IMG/VR virus record: IMGVR_UViG_3300027833_000016
Strand: one strand, 5' to 3'
DNA: 64,000 nt
DNA from: a virus
Notes under the pieces: generated by a model
Databases searched by the model: none
What the model saw: the letters and a program-made list of their open reading frames with translations, nothing else
Told to the model about the DNA's origin: nothing
Part shown: piece by piece, positions 8,445 through 17,271 of the stretch
Position numbering within the stretch: the first letter of the stretch is position 1
How the letters are laid out: each line of letters starts with the position of its first letter
Program-made: the position numbers and the translations under genes

Positions 8445-8595
8445 TTACATGGATTCTATTGTGCATATGTGCGATAAGAATAACATGGAAGTAGAGGACG
8501 TTAAGAAGTATTTGACTACCTCTATCATTGACTGCCTTGAAAGTGAGGCAATGAGTTTGAACTTTCTAGAGAAAACTAATTCACTAGATGTTTAA
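8329..8595 (+). CDS. gp33: late transcription coactivator gp33
   Basis: FSKMVE..V....YMDSIVHMC..NN.EVE.....L......LESEA..LNFL pattern and position before gp32; alternative start at 8386. Confidence 0.85.
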   Translation: MTMTEFTVQTTTPQTPDNFMNKKKFSKMVERTVRNSGLNYMDSIVHMCDKNNMEVEDVKKYLTTSIIDCLESEAMSLNFLEKTNSLDV

Positions 8596-8602
8596 ATAAC
8601 AC

Positions 8603-8631
8603 TTGACTTATGTGTATAAATAGGTTACAAT
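8603..8631 (+). promoter_or_regulatory. nested early (TTGACT-N17-TACAAT) and late (TATAAATA, 8615-8622) promoters for gp32
   Basis: Both consensus elements are visible, with the late box inside the spacer. Confidence 0.8.
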
Positions 8632-8711
8632 ACTATGGTACAATAAAGTACAAAGTGAAAATACGCTGTGTAACACAACTGTAATACAATGCATATACTG
8701 GAGAAAATAAT

Positions 8712-9629
8712 ATGTCTTTTGCAAACCTAAAGTCTCGATCAACCGATATGAGCAAACTAGTAACTGCCGCGCAAGAAGCGTCAGGTCAAACAACCAAAAC
8801 CAATAAGTACGATGATGATCGCAAGTGGAAACCTACCGTTGATGATAACGGCAATGGTTACGCTGTGATTCGTTTCCTCCCTGCAATGGAAGGGGCAGAT
8901 ATGCCTTGGGAACGATATTGGGATCACGGATTCAAAGGCCCGGCAGGTCAGTGGTATATTGAGAAGTCTCTCACTACCATTGGTCAGAAGGATCCTGTGT
9001 CCGAACTGAATTCACGTTTGTGGAATTCGGGTATCGAAGACGATAAAGAAACTGCTCGTAGGCAGAAACGTAGACTACACTATGTGTCAAACATCTTAGT
9101 AGTAAACGATCCAACTAACCCCCAGAACAATGGGAAAGTATTCTTCTATGAGTATGGTAAGAAGATCTTTGATAAGATCATGGATATGATGCAACCACAG
9201 TTTCCCGGTGAAACTCCGATTAACCCATTCGACTTCTGGGCAGGTGCAGACTTTGAATTGAAGATTCGTAATGTTGCAGGATATCGCAACTATGACAAGT
9301 CTGAGTTCAAATCAACTACTGCTCTATATGACTCAGATGAAGTTAAGTTGGAAGCAACTTACAACCAACAGTATGACCTACATGAATTTGTAGATCCTGC
9401 TAACTACAAGTCTTTTGATGAACTTTCTTCTAGATTAGAATTAGTTCTTGGAACGGCAGTTGGTGGTAATGTAACACAAAAGAATGAAGCACTCACTCAG
9501 ACTGCTGAGATGAATGTGGGACGTTCTGCTCCTCAACCAGAGATCGTTTCTGCTCCTGCCCCAACGGTAGGTGCGGCATCTGATGAAGAGGATACTCTAT
9601 CTTACTTTGCTAAGATGGCACAAGAATAG
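8712..9629 (+). CDS. gp32: single-stranded DNA-binding protein gp32
   Basis: GNGYAVIRFLP, WYIEKSLTT.GQKDPV, GKKIFDKI, RNYDKSEF motifs and C-terminal DTLSYFAKMA. Confidence 0.97.
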   Translation: MSFANLKSRSTDMSKLVTAAQEASGQTTKTNKYDDDRKWKPTVDDNGNGYAVIRFLPAMEGADMPWERYWDHGFKGPAGQWYIEKSLTTIGQKDPVSELNSRLWNSGIEDDKETARRQKRRLHYVSNILVVNDPTNPQNNGKVFFYEYGKKIFDKIMDMMQPQFPGETPINPFDFWAGADFELKIRNVAGYRNYDKSEFKSTTALYDSDEVKLEATYNQQYDLHEFVDPANYKSFDELSSRLELVLGTAVGGNVTQKNEALTQTAEMNVGRSAPQPEIVSAPAPTVGAASDEEDTLSYFAKMAQE

Positions 9630-9762
9630 GTGATTGGAACTCAGTGAGTGAAAATCTGCTGATATTAAACTCACCTTTAACTAAAACACTAAACCAGACG
9701 TGGGTCACGGAGAAGTTTCGAACCAGTTGATCGGGTGTAGGGATGGAGTGATAAGTGTTTAT

Positions 9763-9796
9763 AAGGGGTATGACTGGATGTCATCCCCTTTTTTTA
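9763..9796 (+). terminator. rho-independent terminator between convergent gp32 and iscU
   Basis: GGGG-T-ATGAC-TGGAT-GTCAT-CCCC followed by T7. Confidence 0.8.
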
Positions 9797-10164
9797 TTCC
9801 TGTAATCTGCTATCGCAGTCTTAATCGCGTCCTCTGCTAGGACAGAACAGTGTATCTTAACAGGTGGCAATGCTAACTCTTCTGCCAATTCTGTATTCCG
9901 TATGGTGTTTGCTTTATCCAAGGACTGACCAATGACCCATTCGGTAAGTAGACTACTAGAAGCAATAGCACTACCGCAACCGTAAGTCTTGAACTTCGCA
10001 TCTTCTATTATTCCTTCTTCGCTTACTCTTATCTGTAGTCTCATAACATCACCACACGCAGGGGCACCTACCATACCAGTGCCCACGTTCTTATCGTGTT
10101 CGTCCATCTTTCCCACGTTTCGGGGATTCTCGTAATGGTCTAGTAACTTCTCACTGTATGCCAC
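9781..10164 (-). CDS. iscU: Fe-S cluster scaffold IscU
   Basis: DHYENPRNVG, GAPACGDVMRLQI, GCGSAIASSS and LPPVKIHCS motifs; GTG start at 10164. Confidence 0.96.
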   Translation of the reverse strand: MAYSEKLLDHYENPRNVGKMDEHDKNVGTGMVGAPACGDVMRLQIRVSEEGIIEDAKFKTYGCGSAIASSSLLTEWVIGQSLDKANTIRNTELAEELALPPVKIHCSVLAEDAIKTAIADYRNKKRG

Positions 10165-10165
10165 T

Positions 10166-12226
10166 CTAGTTAATCCATTCCATGTCGTGGAAACTTCTAT
10201 CATTGTTATCTTGGGTTGGTAGATTATTATCAATGATTGCCGCAGTGTTACTGTTACTATTGTTTGTTACTGTCGATGTCTGGGGAGCAATCATAACGGC
10301 ATTAGTACCACCTGCCGCTTGCGCGTTCTCCTTAGACATTGCATCTAACTCAGCACCTCTTCTTGCTTTGATGTCTTCAATATGTGCAAGTTTGCTATCG
10401 GTTTGACCCAAGATGCGTTTGCCAAATGCGCTGTCTTCTTCTAGTTGCACACCCTTGAACTTACCAGTAGACTTGATCTTTAACAGTTTCTCTTCGTCTC
10501 TGAGCAATTTATCTTCGGCACGTCGATCCCTGTCTGCTCTGATCTGGGCACGTTTCTTTCTCTTTGCTTCCTGATCTTTTTGGTATGCAGGATCGTCTAG
10601 ATCTTTAAGGAATTCCGCTGTGGCCGCGTTCATTGGTTTCTTAGGATTAGTATCACTTGCCGCTTTAGTCTTCGTAACTTCTACAGGAAGTTCAGGAATC
10701 TCAGATTCGTTCTTTTCTACAGGAAGTTCAGGAATCTCAGATTCGTTTGTATTCTCTGCTCCCACTGCTTCTACAGGTGGGGGTGGAGCAACATTAACAT
10801 AATCGTAGACTGCATCTGGTACTAGTTTACCTAACAGTGAGTCTGCGTCTGGTAGTATACTACCTATCAGTTCCTTTAGTTTATTCAATGCCATTAACGC
10901 GAAGTCACCGACTGCACTCTTGGCATCATCAAACTTACCCTCAAGACCGAGCAACTGAAGGATCTTTGTGAATGCTCCAGTGACCAACGTCTTGATAGTA
11001 TTCCAAATCCTAGTAGGAAGTTCTAGTAACCATTCGAAAGTAAACCCTTCCCCATCTAACCCAAGCATATCACCAACCGCAGAGAACCAATCAGTGATTC
11101 CTTGTATAGCATTTTGTATGATCAAGTCAAACTTTAGTTTGAATATCTCTCCTGCATTATCTGTGTTGGTGAATATGTCACCAATACTACCAAACAAGTC
11201 TCCAATCAAATCCATTAGACTGAATTCCGAGACCATCTTTCCAAACTCTTCAAAACCAAGAGTCTTTAATACGAAACCCATAATCTTCTTTGGTATCCAC
11301 AGTACAAGATCAACCAAACCACCAATAATATTCTTTGCAAGAGAACCTAAGAAGTCAACGATACCTCTTGTCATCTTCTTTCCGAACCCACCTTCCTGCT
11401 CCTTGAATCCTTTGAATCCATCAAACAGACCGATTAAACCACTGATGACTTGACCAACGATAGGAATCTTAGTACCGAACACTTTGAATGCATTAAAGAC
11501 TTTTCCTAAAGTTCCACCCTTAGAAAACATATTACCAAACCCACTCAACAACTTCGTAGGGCCAGCGAACAGGTTCTTGAAGGTTGCCACTATTTTTGCT
11601 AACAGACCACCTGCTTTCTGACTAGACTCTATTGACTTACCAACGGCACGGAAGGGAGTCAGTAAGAATCGTATCCCTTTACCAATATTATTCATTATCT
11701 TAGACATCGTGCCCATAGGTTTGAATGCACCATTGACACCCTTACCCATACTCTTGAAACCTCTAGTACCTGCCATGAATGCATTACTAACGTTCTTCAA
11801 GTTCCTACTTAGACTCTTTACTCCCTTGGCAATAGAAGAACGGAATCCTGCTGTTGCTTTATCAATCCAAGTACCTTTGAGTAATTTAGAGGCAAACCCA
11901 CCTAACCAAGTTGCCACACCAGTGACGAATCCTGCGACTGCCGCACCGAGAGTTAGGGCAAATCCTGCGATACCCATTCCACCAGTGAAGTCATCTTTCT
12001 GGAAACCTTTGATAGGAGAAGACTTGGGTTTATCGCCCTTACCTTTCTTATCGTCTCTGCGCTTCTCTTCATCGTCAAGTTTATCCCCCGCAAACGACTT
12101 CAAGAACTTTTCCATGTTCTTGTTTAGGTTCGTTAACTGGGTAGTAGTCGCTTTATCTCCACTCTTCGTTGTATCGTTGAGTTCTCTTAAACCGACTGCT
12201 ACTTGTTTTAGGTTGGTCTCTGCCAT
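10166..12226 (-). CDS. baseplate hub / tape-measure protein (gp29-like)
   Basis: Helical G/F/K-rich and hydrophobic central region, C-terminal APQTSTVTNNSNSN; downstream of gp26/gp51. Confidence 0.7.
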   Translation of the reverse strand: MAETNLKQVAVGLRELNDTTKSGDKATTTQLTNLNKNMEKFLKSFAGDKLDDEEKRRDDKKGKGDKPKSSPIKGFQKDDFTGGMGIAGFALTLGAAVAGFVTGVATWLGGFASKLLKGTWIDKATAGFRSSIAKGVKSLSRNLKNVSNAFMAGTRGFKSMGKGVNGAFKPMGTMSKIMNNIGKGIRFLLTPFRAVGKSIESSQKAGGLLAKIVATFKNLFAGPTKLLSGFGNMFSKGGTLGKVFNAFKVFGTKIPIVGQVISGLIGLFDGFKGFKEQEGGFGKKMTRGIVDFLGSLAKNIIGGLVDLVLWIPKKIMGFVLKTLGFEEFGKMVSEFSLMDLIGDLFGSIGDIFTNTDNAGEIFKLKFDLIIQNAIQGITDWFSAVGDMLGLDGEGFTFEWLLELPTRIWNTIKTLVTGAFTKILQLLGLEGKFDDAKSAVGDFALMALNKLKELIGSILPDADSLLGKLVPDAVYDYVNVAPPPPVEAVGAENTNESEIPELPVEKNESEIPELPVEVTKTKAASDTNPKKPMNAATAEFLKDLDDPAYQKDQEAKRKKRAQIRADRDRRAEDKLLRDEEKLLKIKSTGKFKGVQLEEDSAFGKRILGQTDSKLAHIEDIKARRGAELDAMSKENAQAAGGTNAVMIAPQTSTVTNNSNSNTAAIIDNNLPTQDNNDRSFHDMEWIN
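10679..10747. repeat. 33-bp exact direct repeat x2 (period 36) encoding NESEIPELPVE
   Basis: TTCTACAGGAAGTTCAGGAATCTCAGATTCGTT at 10679 and 10715. Confidence 0.9.
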
Positions 12227-12228
12227 TG

Positions 12229-12363
12229 TTACTGCCCTTGTTGTTCTTGTTTAATTCTATCGTTCTCTTCCTTTACATAATCAATTAACATACTTACATA
12301 TATCTCCCTTTCCCACGGCATCATTGTATCTATTTCTGCTAGATTATAATGATGGTGTTGCAT
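12229..12363 (-). CDS. gp51: baseplate hub assembly protein (gp51-like C-terminal segment); possibly expressed by frameshift from gp26
   Basis: MQHHHYNLAEIDTMMPWEREIYVSMLIDY; the frame stays open upstream to 12426. Confidence 0.8.
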   Translation of the reverse strand: MQHHHYNLAEIDTMMPWEREIYVSMLIDYVKEENDRIKQEQQGQ

Positions 12364-12413
12364 CAACGAAAAGTTGGTCTTATAATGATTGACCAAGTTA
12401 TCGTGAGAAAGGT

Positions 12414-13139
12414 TTATGACAAAAAATCAGATATCCCTTTCAGTTTCCTTTCTACCGTCTCTCCGCAACCTTCACACGCAAATTTAAGATCATGTTCTAT
12501 TGCAGGTAGTTCACTTAGGAACTTTGACACACCTGCAAACTGGTCTGATGTCATGGACTCAATGAAGTCAATCAACTCTTCTTGTGTTGATTCACTGGCA
12601 TCGATCCTTTCGTCTTCGGTTAGGATGGCGGCAATTGATTGTGCTAACATAGCAAAACCCATCTCCGTCTGATCACCCTCTTCGAGATCCATCTTCAGTA
12701 CATCCGAGTACTTTGGGTATTGCATCTCTACTGATATATTGTCTGTTATCTCAATTGTGCTTTCCTGATCTTCGGGGAACTTAACTTGAATTGCCGCGAT
12801 GTCTAGCGACACTTCGTTCTTATGTCCACACCCTTCATGGGAGCAAGGTACCACAATAGTCGCACTCTCTCCAACTGACTTAGATCTAACCTGAGTAAAC
12901 AGATACTCTACGTCAAATGTCGTTAGACTTCTTGCATCTATGTTTTCAATACAAGCGTCTAGTGTATTGACGATTGCATTCAATGCTTCTTTCTGATGAC
13001 CAGTCTCAAATGCAATCATTAGTATCTTCTCTTCTTTGACCAAGTATGGTCGGTAACTGACAGTATCTCCAGTAGAAGGGACTTTACAAGTGTATTGCGG
13101 TGATTCGTTTAGTTTTGGTAATGCCATAATATTCTCCAA
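12414..13139 (-). CDS. gp26: baseplate hub assembly protein gp26-like
   Basis: MALPKL..P.Y...PSTG..YRPYLVKEEK, RSKSVGE, two Cys pairs, C-terminal GISDF. Confidence 0.85.
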   Translation of the reverse strand: MENIMALPKLNESPQYTCKVPSTGDTVSYRPYLVKEEKILMIAFETGHQKEALNAIVNTLDACIENIDARSLTTFDVEYLFTQVRSKSVGESATIVVPCSHEGCGHKNEVSLDIAAIQVKFPEDQESTIEITDNISVEMQYPKYSDVLKMDLEEGDQTEMGFAMLAQSIAAILTEDERIDASESTQEELIDFIESMTSDQFAGVSKFLSELPAIEHDLKFACEGCGETVERKLKGISDFLS

Positions 13140-13152
13140 TATTAAATAATAA

Positions 13153-13887
13153 TTAAATCTTTCCTAATAGAAAGTTTGTTAATGATGAAATAGCACCACG
13201 ACCAATTGCTTCGCCTGTGCCTGTATGTTGTCCTACCGTGCTTTCCCAATCAGTGTACGATAGTTGTACTGTCAATTCCATTACACCTTCTTCTGCATTA
13301 CCTAACTGTTGATCAGAGATCGTAGTTGGGTAACACTCTCGTAATGAAACCGAGTATGTCTTCTTCTCATTGAAACTTGCACCTGCATCTATCTCGCCTT
13401 GCTGTAGATCAATCGGGCCAACCTTGGGTAGTCTGTTCCGTAGGAAGGATGGGATCTTATCTACGAACCCCAACTGCTTCTTGAAGATAGACAATCTAAG
13501 TCCTCTCTCTATTAACGCAATCTTCACTGGGTATGTATAATCTTCGAAGTAACCTACGGTACGACTCACTGGATCGTGTGCCTCTGCTTGCCATGCTTCG
13601 AAGTACTGTCGTGCCACATGATCGTTTCCTACCAAGAAGGTCAATGTTAGATCTGTAGTAGCATAACCATTAGCAATCTTGCGTAAGGTTGTTCCCATTT
13701 GCTTATCGATGGATGTGATCTGCCGTCCCGGTAATGACGCAACCGTACAGAAAATGTTCAATGCCTGTGCGTCTACAGGAAAGGTAGATAGTTGGGGTAG
13801 TTGAACCATGAACTGATTCGCCTTTGCCAAACCACCCGACTTACTGAGTTCTGCTTTTAATGTTTCTATTGATGAACCTGCACTCAC
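13153..13887 (-). CDS. baseplate tail-tube initiator (gp54-like, tube fold)
   Basis: GGLAKANQF, C..ASLPGRQ, YFEAWQ, L.ECYPTTI and LTVQLSY..W motifs. Confidence 0.7.
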   Translation of the reverse strand: MSAGSSIETLKAELSKSGGLAKANQFMVQLPQLSTFPVDAQALNIFCTVASLPGRQITSIDKQMGTTLRKIANGYATTDLTLTFLVGNDHVARQYFEAWQAEAHDPVSRTVGYFEDYTYPVKIALIERGLRLSIFKKQLGFVDKIPSFLRNRLPKVGPIDLQQGEIDAGASFNEKKTYSVSLRECYPTTISDQQLGNAEEGVMELTVQLSYTDWESTVGQHTGTGEAIGRGAISSLTNFLLGKI

Positions 13888-14468
13888 TGAATCTGACTCC
13901 TACTATCGTAATGTACTTTATAACTGTTTGCCTTACGGAACTGAGCAGTAGGTAAGAAGATTGCAACTTCCCATTCTGGTGCTAGTACTTCCGCGAACTT
14001 ACTTGTTACCTGTGAGTTCAAGTAATGCTTTAGACAAGGTTTGAAGTATCTTAAACCAGAAGACTTCTTCAACATCCTATAGGTCAATGAAAACTTGGCA
14101 TCATCTGTCAACTTACTACCCTGTATATCCATTAAGTTTGCGAAGAACTGCATACGCAACTTAGGTGGCAGGTAGTGTAAGTTAAGTCCCATAAACCCAC
14201 CTTTGGCAGGGCCGAGTACGATGACCAATGGAAAGATATCATAGTACGGTAATTTGTCTTTATGTTTAGGATCATACATAAACATCTGCATAGAACCGAT
14301 GATCTGCTTGGCACCTTGCTTCAACTCATCTTCTTGCATTAGTGCCGTTCTATTGATCGACCTCATATTCTGTGCTTTCTTTAAAAACCACTCACGACTT
14401 TCTTTGGTGCGAGGTGTTATACCTGCACGGAATGCTTGTCGTTCTAGTCTTTGTAAAATCTTAGACAT
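13884..14468 (-). CDS. gp2: DNA end protector protein gp2
   Basis: YDPKHKDKLPYYD.FPL, GLNLHYLPP and KPCLKHYL motifs. Confidence 0.92.
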   Translation of the reverse strand: MSKILQRLERQAFRAGITPRTKESREWFLKKAQNMRSINRTALMQEDELKQGAKQIIGSMQMFMYDPKHKDKLPYYDIFPLVIVLGPAKGGFMGLNLHYLPPKLRMQFFANLMDIQGSKLTDDAKFSLTYRMLKKSSGLRYFKPCLKHYLNSQVTSKFAEVLAPEWEVAIFLPTAQFRKANSYKVHYDSRSQIQ

Positions 14469-14495
14469 TGTTAATCCTGTAATAACTCATGTGTT

Positions 14496-14503
14496 TATTT
14501 ATA
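14496..14503 (-). promoter_or_regulatory. late promoter TATAAATA upstream of gp2
   Basis: TATTTATA on the plus strand. Confidence 0.7.
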
Positions 14504-14509
14504 TGAATA

Positions 14510-15043
14510 TTAACGCTTTGCTCGTGGTTTCTTTACACGAGTCTTTGCTTTAGGTCTGAATGGGGGTAAAGGTTTAATAGGTTTCTTTGATCGTAATGGT
14601 TTAGGCATCAACCCCATTGCTTGAAGTTTCTGTTCAGTCCAGATCTCGAAGTGCCACCCCCTATCTGCCGCATACTTGGTTGCTTCTTTCCACTTACTCT
14701 GGTTCTTAATATAAGTCATACCCTCGTTCAGGACGATACGTCTGGATCTACCTTGACCAGTTTTGGGTGGTAATGTCTGGGCATGGGGTTTCACCTCTAC
14801 CAATACGGTACGACCATCCCTGAACTTTATCAAGAAATCCATGAAGTACCGATGAATTCTCTTGTCAGTCTCGCATAAGTATGGTATAATGACTTCTTCG
14901 GAGTTCCACTTAACTACCTGTGCGGAATCGTCACACCACTTCATAACGTGCCTTTCCCACATACTTCGATACTGCACCTTGGTGTGATCGCCTAGATACT
15001 TATCTTTATTCGAAGGTTTGTATCTTCCCTTGTAAGTTTTCAT
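14510..15043 (-). CDS. gp4: head completion nuclease gp4 (TnsA-like)
   Basis: YKGRYKP.N..KY.GD, YRS.WE, HRYFMDF, EVKP..QT and NQSKW motifs. Confidence 0.93.
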   Translation of the reverse strand: MKTYKGRYKPSNKDKYLGDHTKVQYRSMWERHVMKWCDDSAQVVKWNSEEVIIPYLCETDKRIHRYFMDFLIKFRDGRTVLVEVKPHAQTLPPKTGQGRSRRIVLNEGMTYIKNQSKWKEATKYAADRGWHFEIWTEQKLQAMGLMPKPLRSKKPIKPLPPFRPKAKTRVKKPRAKR

Positions 15044-15078
15044 ATAAATAGAATCATAAGAATTTAAACCTATTTATG
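15043..15078. promoter_or_regulatory. divergent late promoters between gp4 and gp48
   Basis: TATAAATA (+, 15043-15050) and CATAAATA (-, 15071-15078). Confidence 0.7.
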
Positions 15079-15088
15079 GATTAGTTAA

Positions 15089-16210
15089 ATGCTAGATAAA
15101 TTAAAGACAAAAGCACAACAAAAAGCGGATGAACTAAAAGCAGGTGCTACTGGTTCCTATGAAGGAGGTGCTACCACTCCCAATACTGCTGAAGTTGCTT
15201 CTGGCAGTAAGAGGTTATCATACCCTTTAGATGATACCGACTATAAAGCAAGGGTTATCTTTAGTGTGCTTGGCACAGAGGATACTGGTATTGGTGATAG
15301 TTTCAGTCAATTGGCAAAGGTCGATGATAGTAAAGCAAAGGCAATCAAGGCACAGATCCAAGATAAGATTGATGAGGCAAAGGCAAATTCAAAGAATGGG
15401 GAACTTCGCCAGTCTGATATCGATGACGTTGAGGAACTAGTTGCCGAGGGTAAACAACTCAAAGCACAACAAGCACAGTTCGAAGGTCTATCAAAACAAG
15501 CAAACACCAAATCATCTATTGATGATGTGGGTGACAAAATATCATTGTACCTTCCTATGGGTCTTGCATTTCGAGACAACGTAACCTATGAGAACTTCGA
15601 TCTAGGTGTTGTTGGGGGTGCGATAGCACAGGGCGCAGGTATGGCAAGTGCTATGACAGACGGCATTGGTTCATTCATTAGTGGACTAAAAGGGCCCGGT
15701 GGTAATGATCTTGCCAAACTAGCAGGTGTTCAGTTGGCAAAGAAAGCAGGTTCGTTTGGTGCAGAAGCACAAGCGGCATTAAAGATTCAGGGTGGCGTAA
15801 CACTAAACCCTAACTCGCGTATTATGTTCAAGCAACCTAACATACGAGAGTTCGCATTCGCATTCAAGTTTATCGCAAGGTCAGCAGAAGAACAAAAGTC
15901 AGTCAATGAGATCATTAAGATATTCCGCACTGAACTATACCCTTCTAGTATTGATGCTCAAATTGGTGGACAAACTATTTCATTGGGTTACAACTTCCCA
16001 AAGAAATTTCAACTCTCTTTTGAGTATGATGGAGGAGAAATTCCCGGACTGGCAAAGATAAAACCTTGTTATCTCCGTGACGTATCTACTACATTCAACT
16101 CATCACAAATGGCAATGCACGAAGATGGTAACTTCATGGAAGTCGATATGACTCTAAGTTTCCAAGAGACTGCCGCATTGACCCAATCAGATATTGAGGA
16201 CGGATTTTAA
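15089..16210 (+). CDS. gp48: baseplate tail-tube cap gp48
   Basis: ISLYLP, NP....FKQPNIREF.F.FKF and M.LSFQE motifs; synteny. Confidence 0.85.
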   Translation: MLDKLKTKAQQKADELKAGATGSYEGGATTPNTAEVASGSKRLSYPLDDTDYKARVIFSVLGTEDTGIGDSFSQLAKVDDSKAKAIKAQIQDKIDEAKANSKNGELRQSDIDDVEELVAEGKQLKAQQAQFEGLSKQANTKSSIDDVGDKISLYLPMGLAFRDNVTYENFDLGVVGGAIAQGAGMASAMTDGIGSFISGLKGPGGNDLAKLAGVQLAKKAGSFGAEAQAALKIQGGVTLNPNSRIMFKQPNIREFAFAFKFIARSAEEQKSVNEIIKIFRTELYPSSIDAQIGGQTISLGYNFPKKFQLSFEYDGGEIPGLAKIKPCYLRDVSTTFNSSQMAMHEDGNFMEVDMTLSFQETAALTQSDIEDGF

Positions 16211-17271
16211 TGTCATACTTTAAGAACTTCCCACCTGCTCTATACAAGTTTGGTGACGAACAATCCTTTGCGCTTACGACTAACTTGTCCCAGTATGTGG
16301 ATCTGATTGATCAGGTGAAGGTCAATGATATTTTCCTTCAGGACTATCTTATTCCTGCCAACGAGAGACCCGATCAAGTATCATTTAAAATCTATGGTAC
16401 TACTGACCACTACTGGACACTGTTTCTTGCGAACGATCATATCAGAGAGAATGGTTGGCCGTTAACCCTGAATGAAGTAGACACTGCCGCGATTAAACGA
16501 TATCCGCACAGGCAGGTTACTGTAAAGATTAAACAACAAGATGTCGTGGACTACTACGATGATGATAACAAACCAATCTTTAGAACTAAACTTGTAGGTA
16601 CTTCGCCTGATCAGTTTCAGATTGGTTCTAAGGTTACTGGTAACGTCTCTGGTACTCAGGGTATCATACTAAAACGTGATCTTTCATTAGGTACCTTTAT
16701 CATTGATACTATTAATGTGTCTAACCTATCTGAGATTATTGAACAAGTGGTCGTTCCTAACGGTAATGGTATTGTTGTTTTAGAAAGAACAGATGTTAAC
16801 GAGGCAGAGACATTTGACTTACCACTCCAGTGGGTGTTACTAAAGGATGATGTTCCTGTTAACGTAACAAAGACACTAGATCCCTTTAAACGTAAGGCAA
16901 CAATAAGCGGTATACCGTTTAGTCCTACTTCAGTATATAAATTGTCTTACTGGTTAAGTACCAAGAACTTGACAGACGGTAAGTTTACTGCGAACGAAGA
17001 ACTATCCTATCGTAACCCAGATGGATTCGATACTTCAATGATCGTTGAGTCTGATGTTGAACAATATAAAGGTACTCATCACTACGAAGATGCGACTGGT
17101 GCATGGGTGGATATTGATCCGCTATCCCAGACGATACCTTCGGGGGCGGTAAAGGTAACTTTCCTAGACAACCTACGAAAGAACAACGAGAAGTTGAGAC
17201 AAATTAAGATACTAAAACCTTCTTCTATTAAAGGTTTGGTGAATGAGTTCGCAAAAGTAATGAGTGAATAA
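16210..17271 (+). CDS. gp53: baseplate wedge subunit gp53
   Basis: MSYFKNFP, ERPDQVS..IYG...YWT, WPL, HHYED and NEKLRQIKILKP motifs. Confidence 0.88.
   Translation: MSYFKNFPPALYKFGDEQSFALTTNLSQYVDLIDQVKVNDIFLQDYLIPANERPDQVSFKIYGTTDHYWTLFLANDHIRENGWPLTLNEVDTAAIKRYPHRQVTVKIKQQDVVDYYDDDNKPIFRTKLVGTSPDQFQIGSKVTGNVSGTQGIILKRDLSLGTFIIDTINVSNLSEIIEQVVVPNGNGIVVLERTDVNEAETFDLPLQWVLLKDDVPVNVTKTLDPFKRKATISGIPFSPTSVYKLSYWLSTKNLTDGKFTANEELSYRNPDGFDTSMIVESDVEQYKGTHHYEDATGAWVDIDPLSQTIPSGAVKVTFLDNLRKNNEKLRQIKILKPSSIKGLVNEFAKVMSE

Noticed and set aside
9630-9780. tRNA or hammerhead ribozyme
   Set aside because: No cloverleaf with a proper T-loop and acceptor stem, and no CTGATGA...GAAA core; kept only as a generic structured-RNA candidate.
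10182-12254. Plus-strand ORFs opposite the tape-measure gene
   Set aside because: Antisense shadows with no recognisable motifs.
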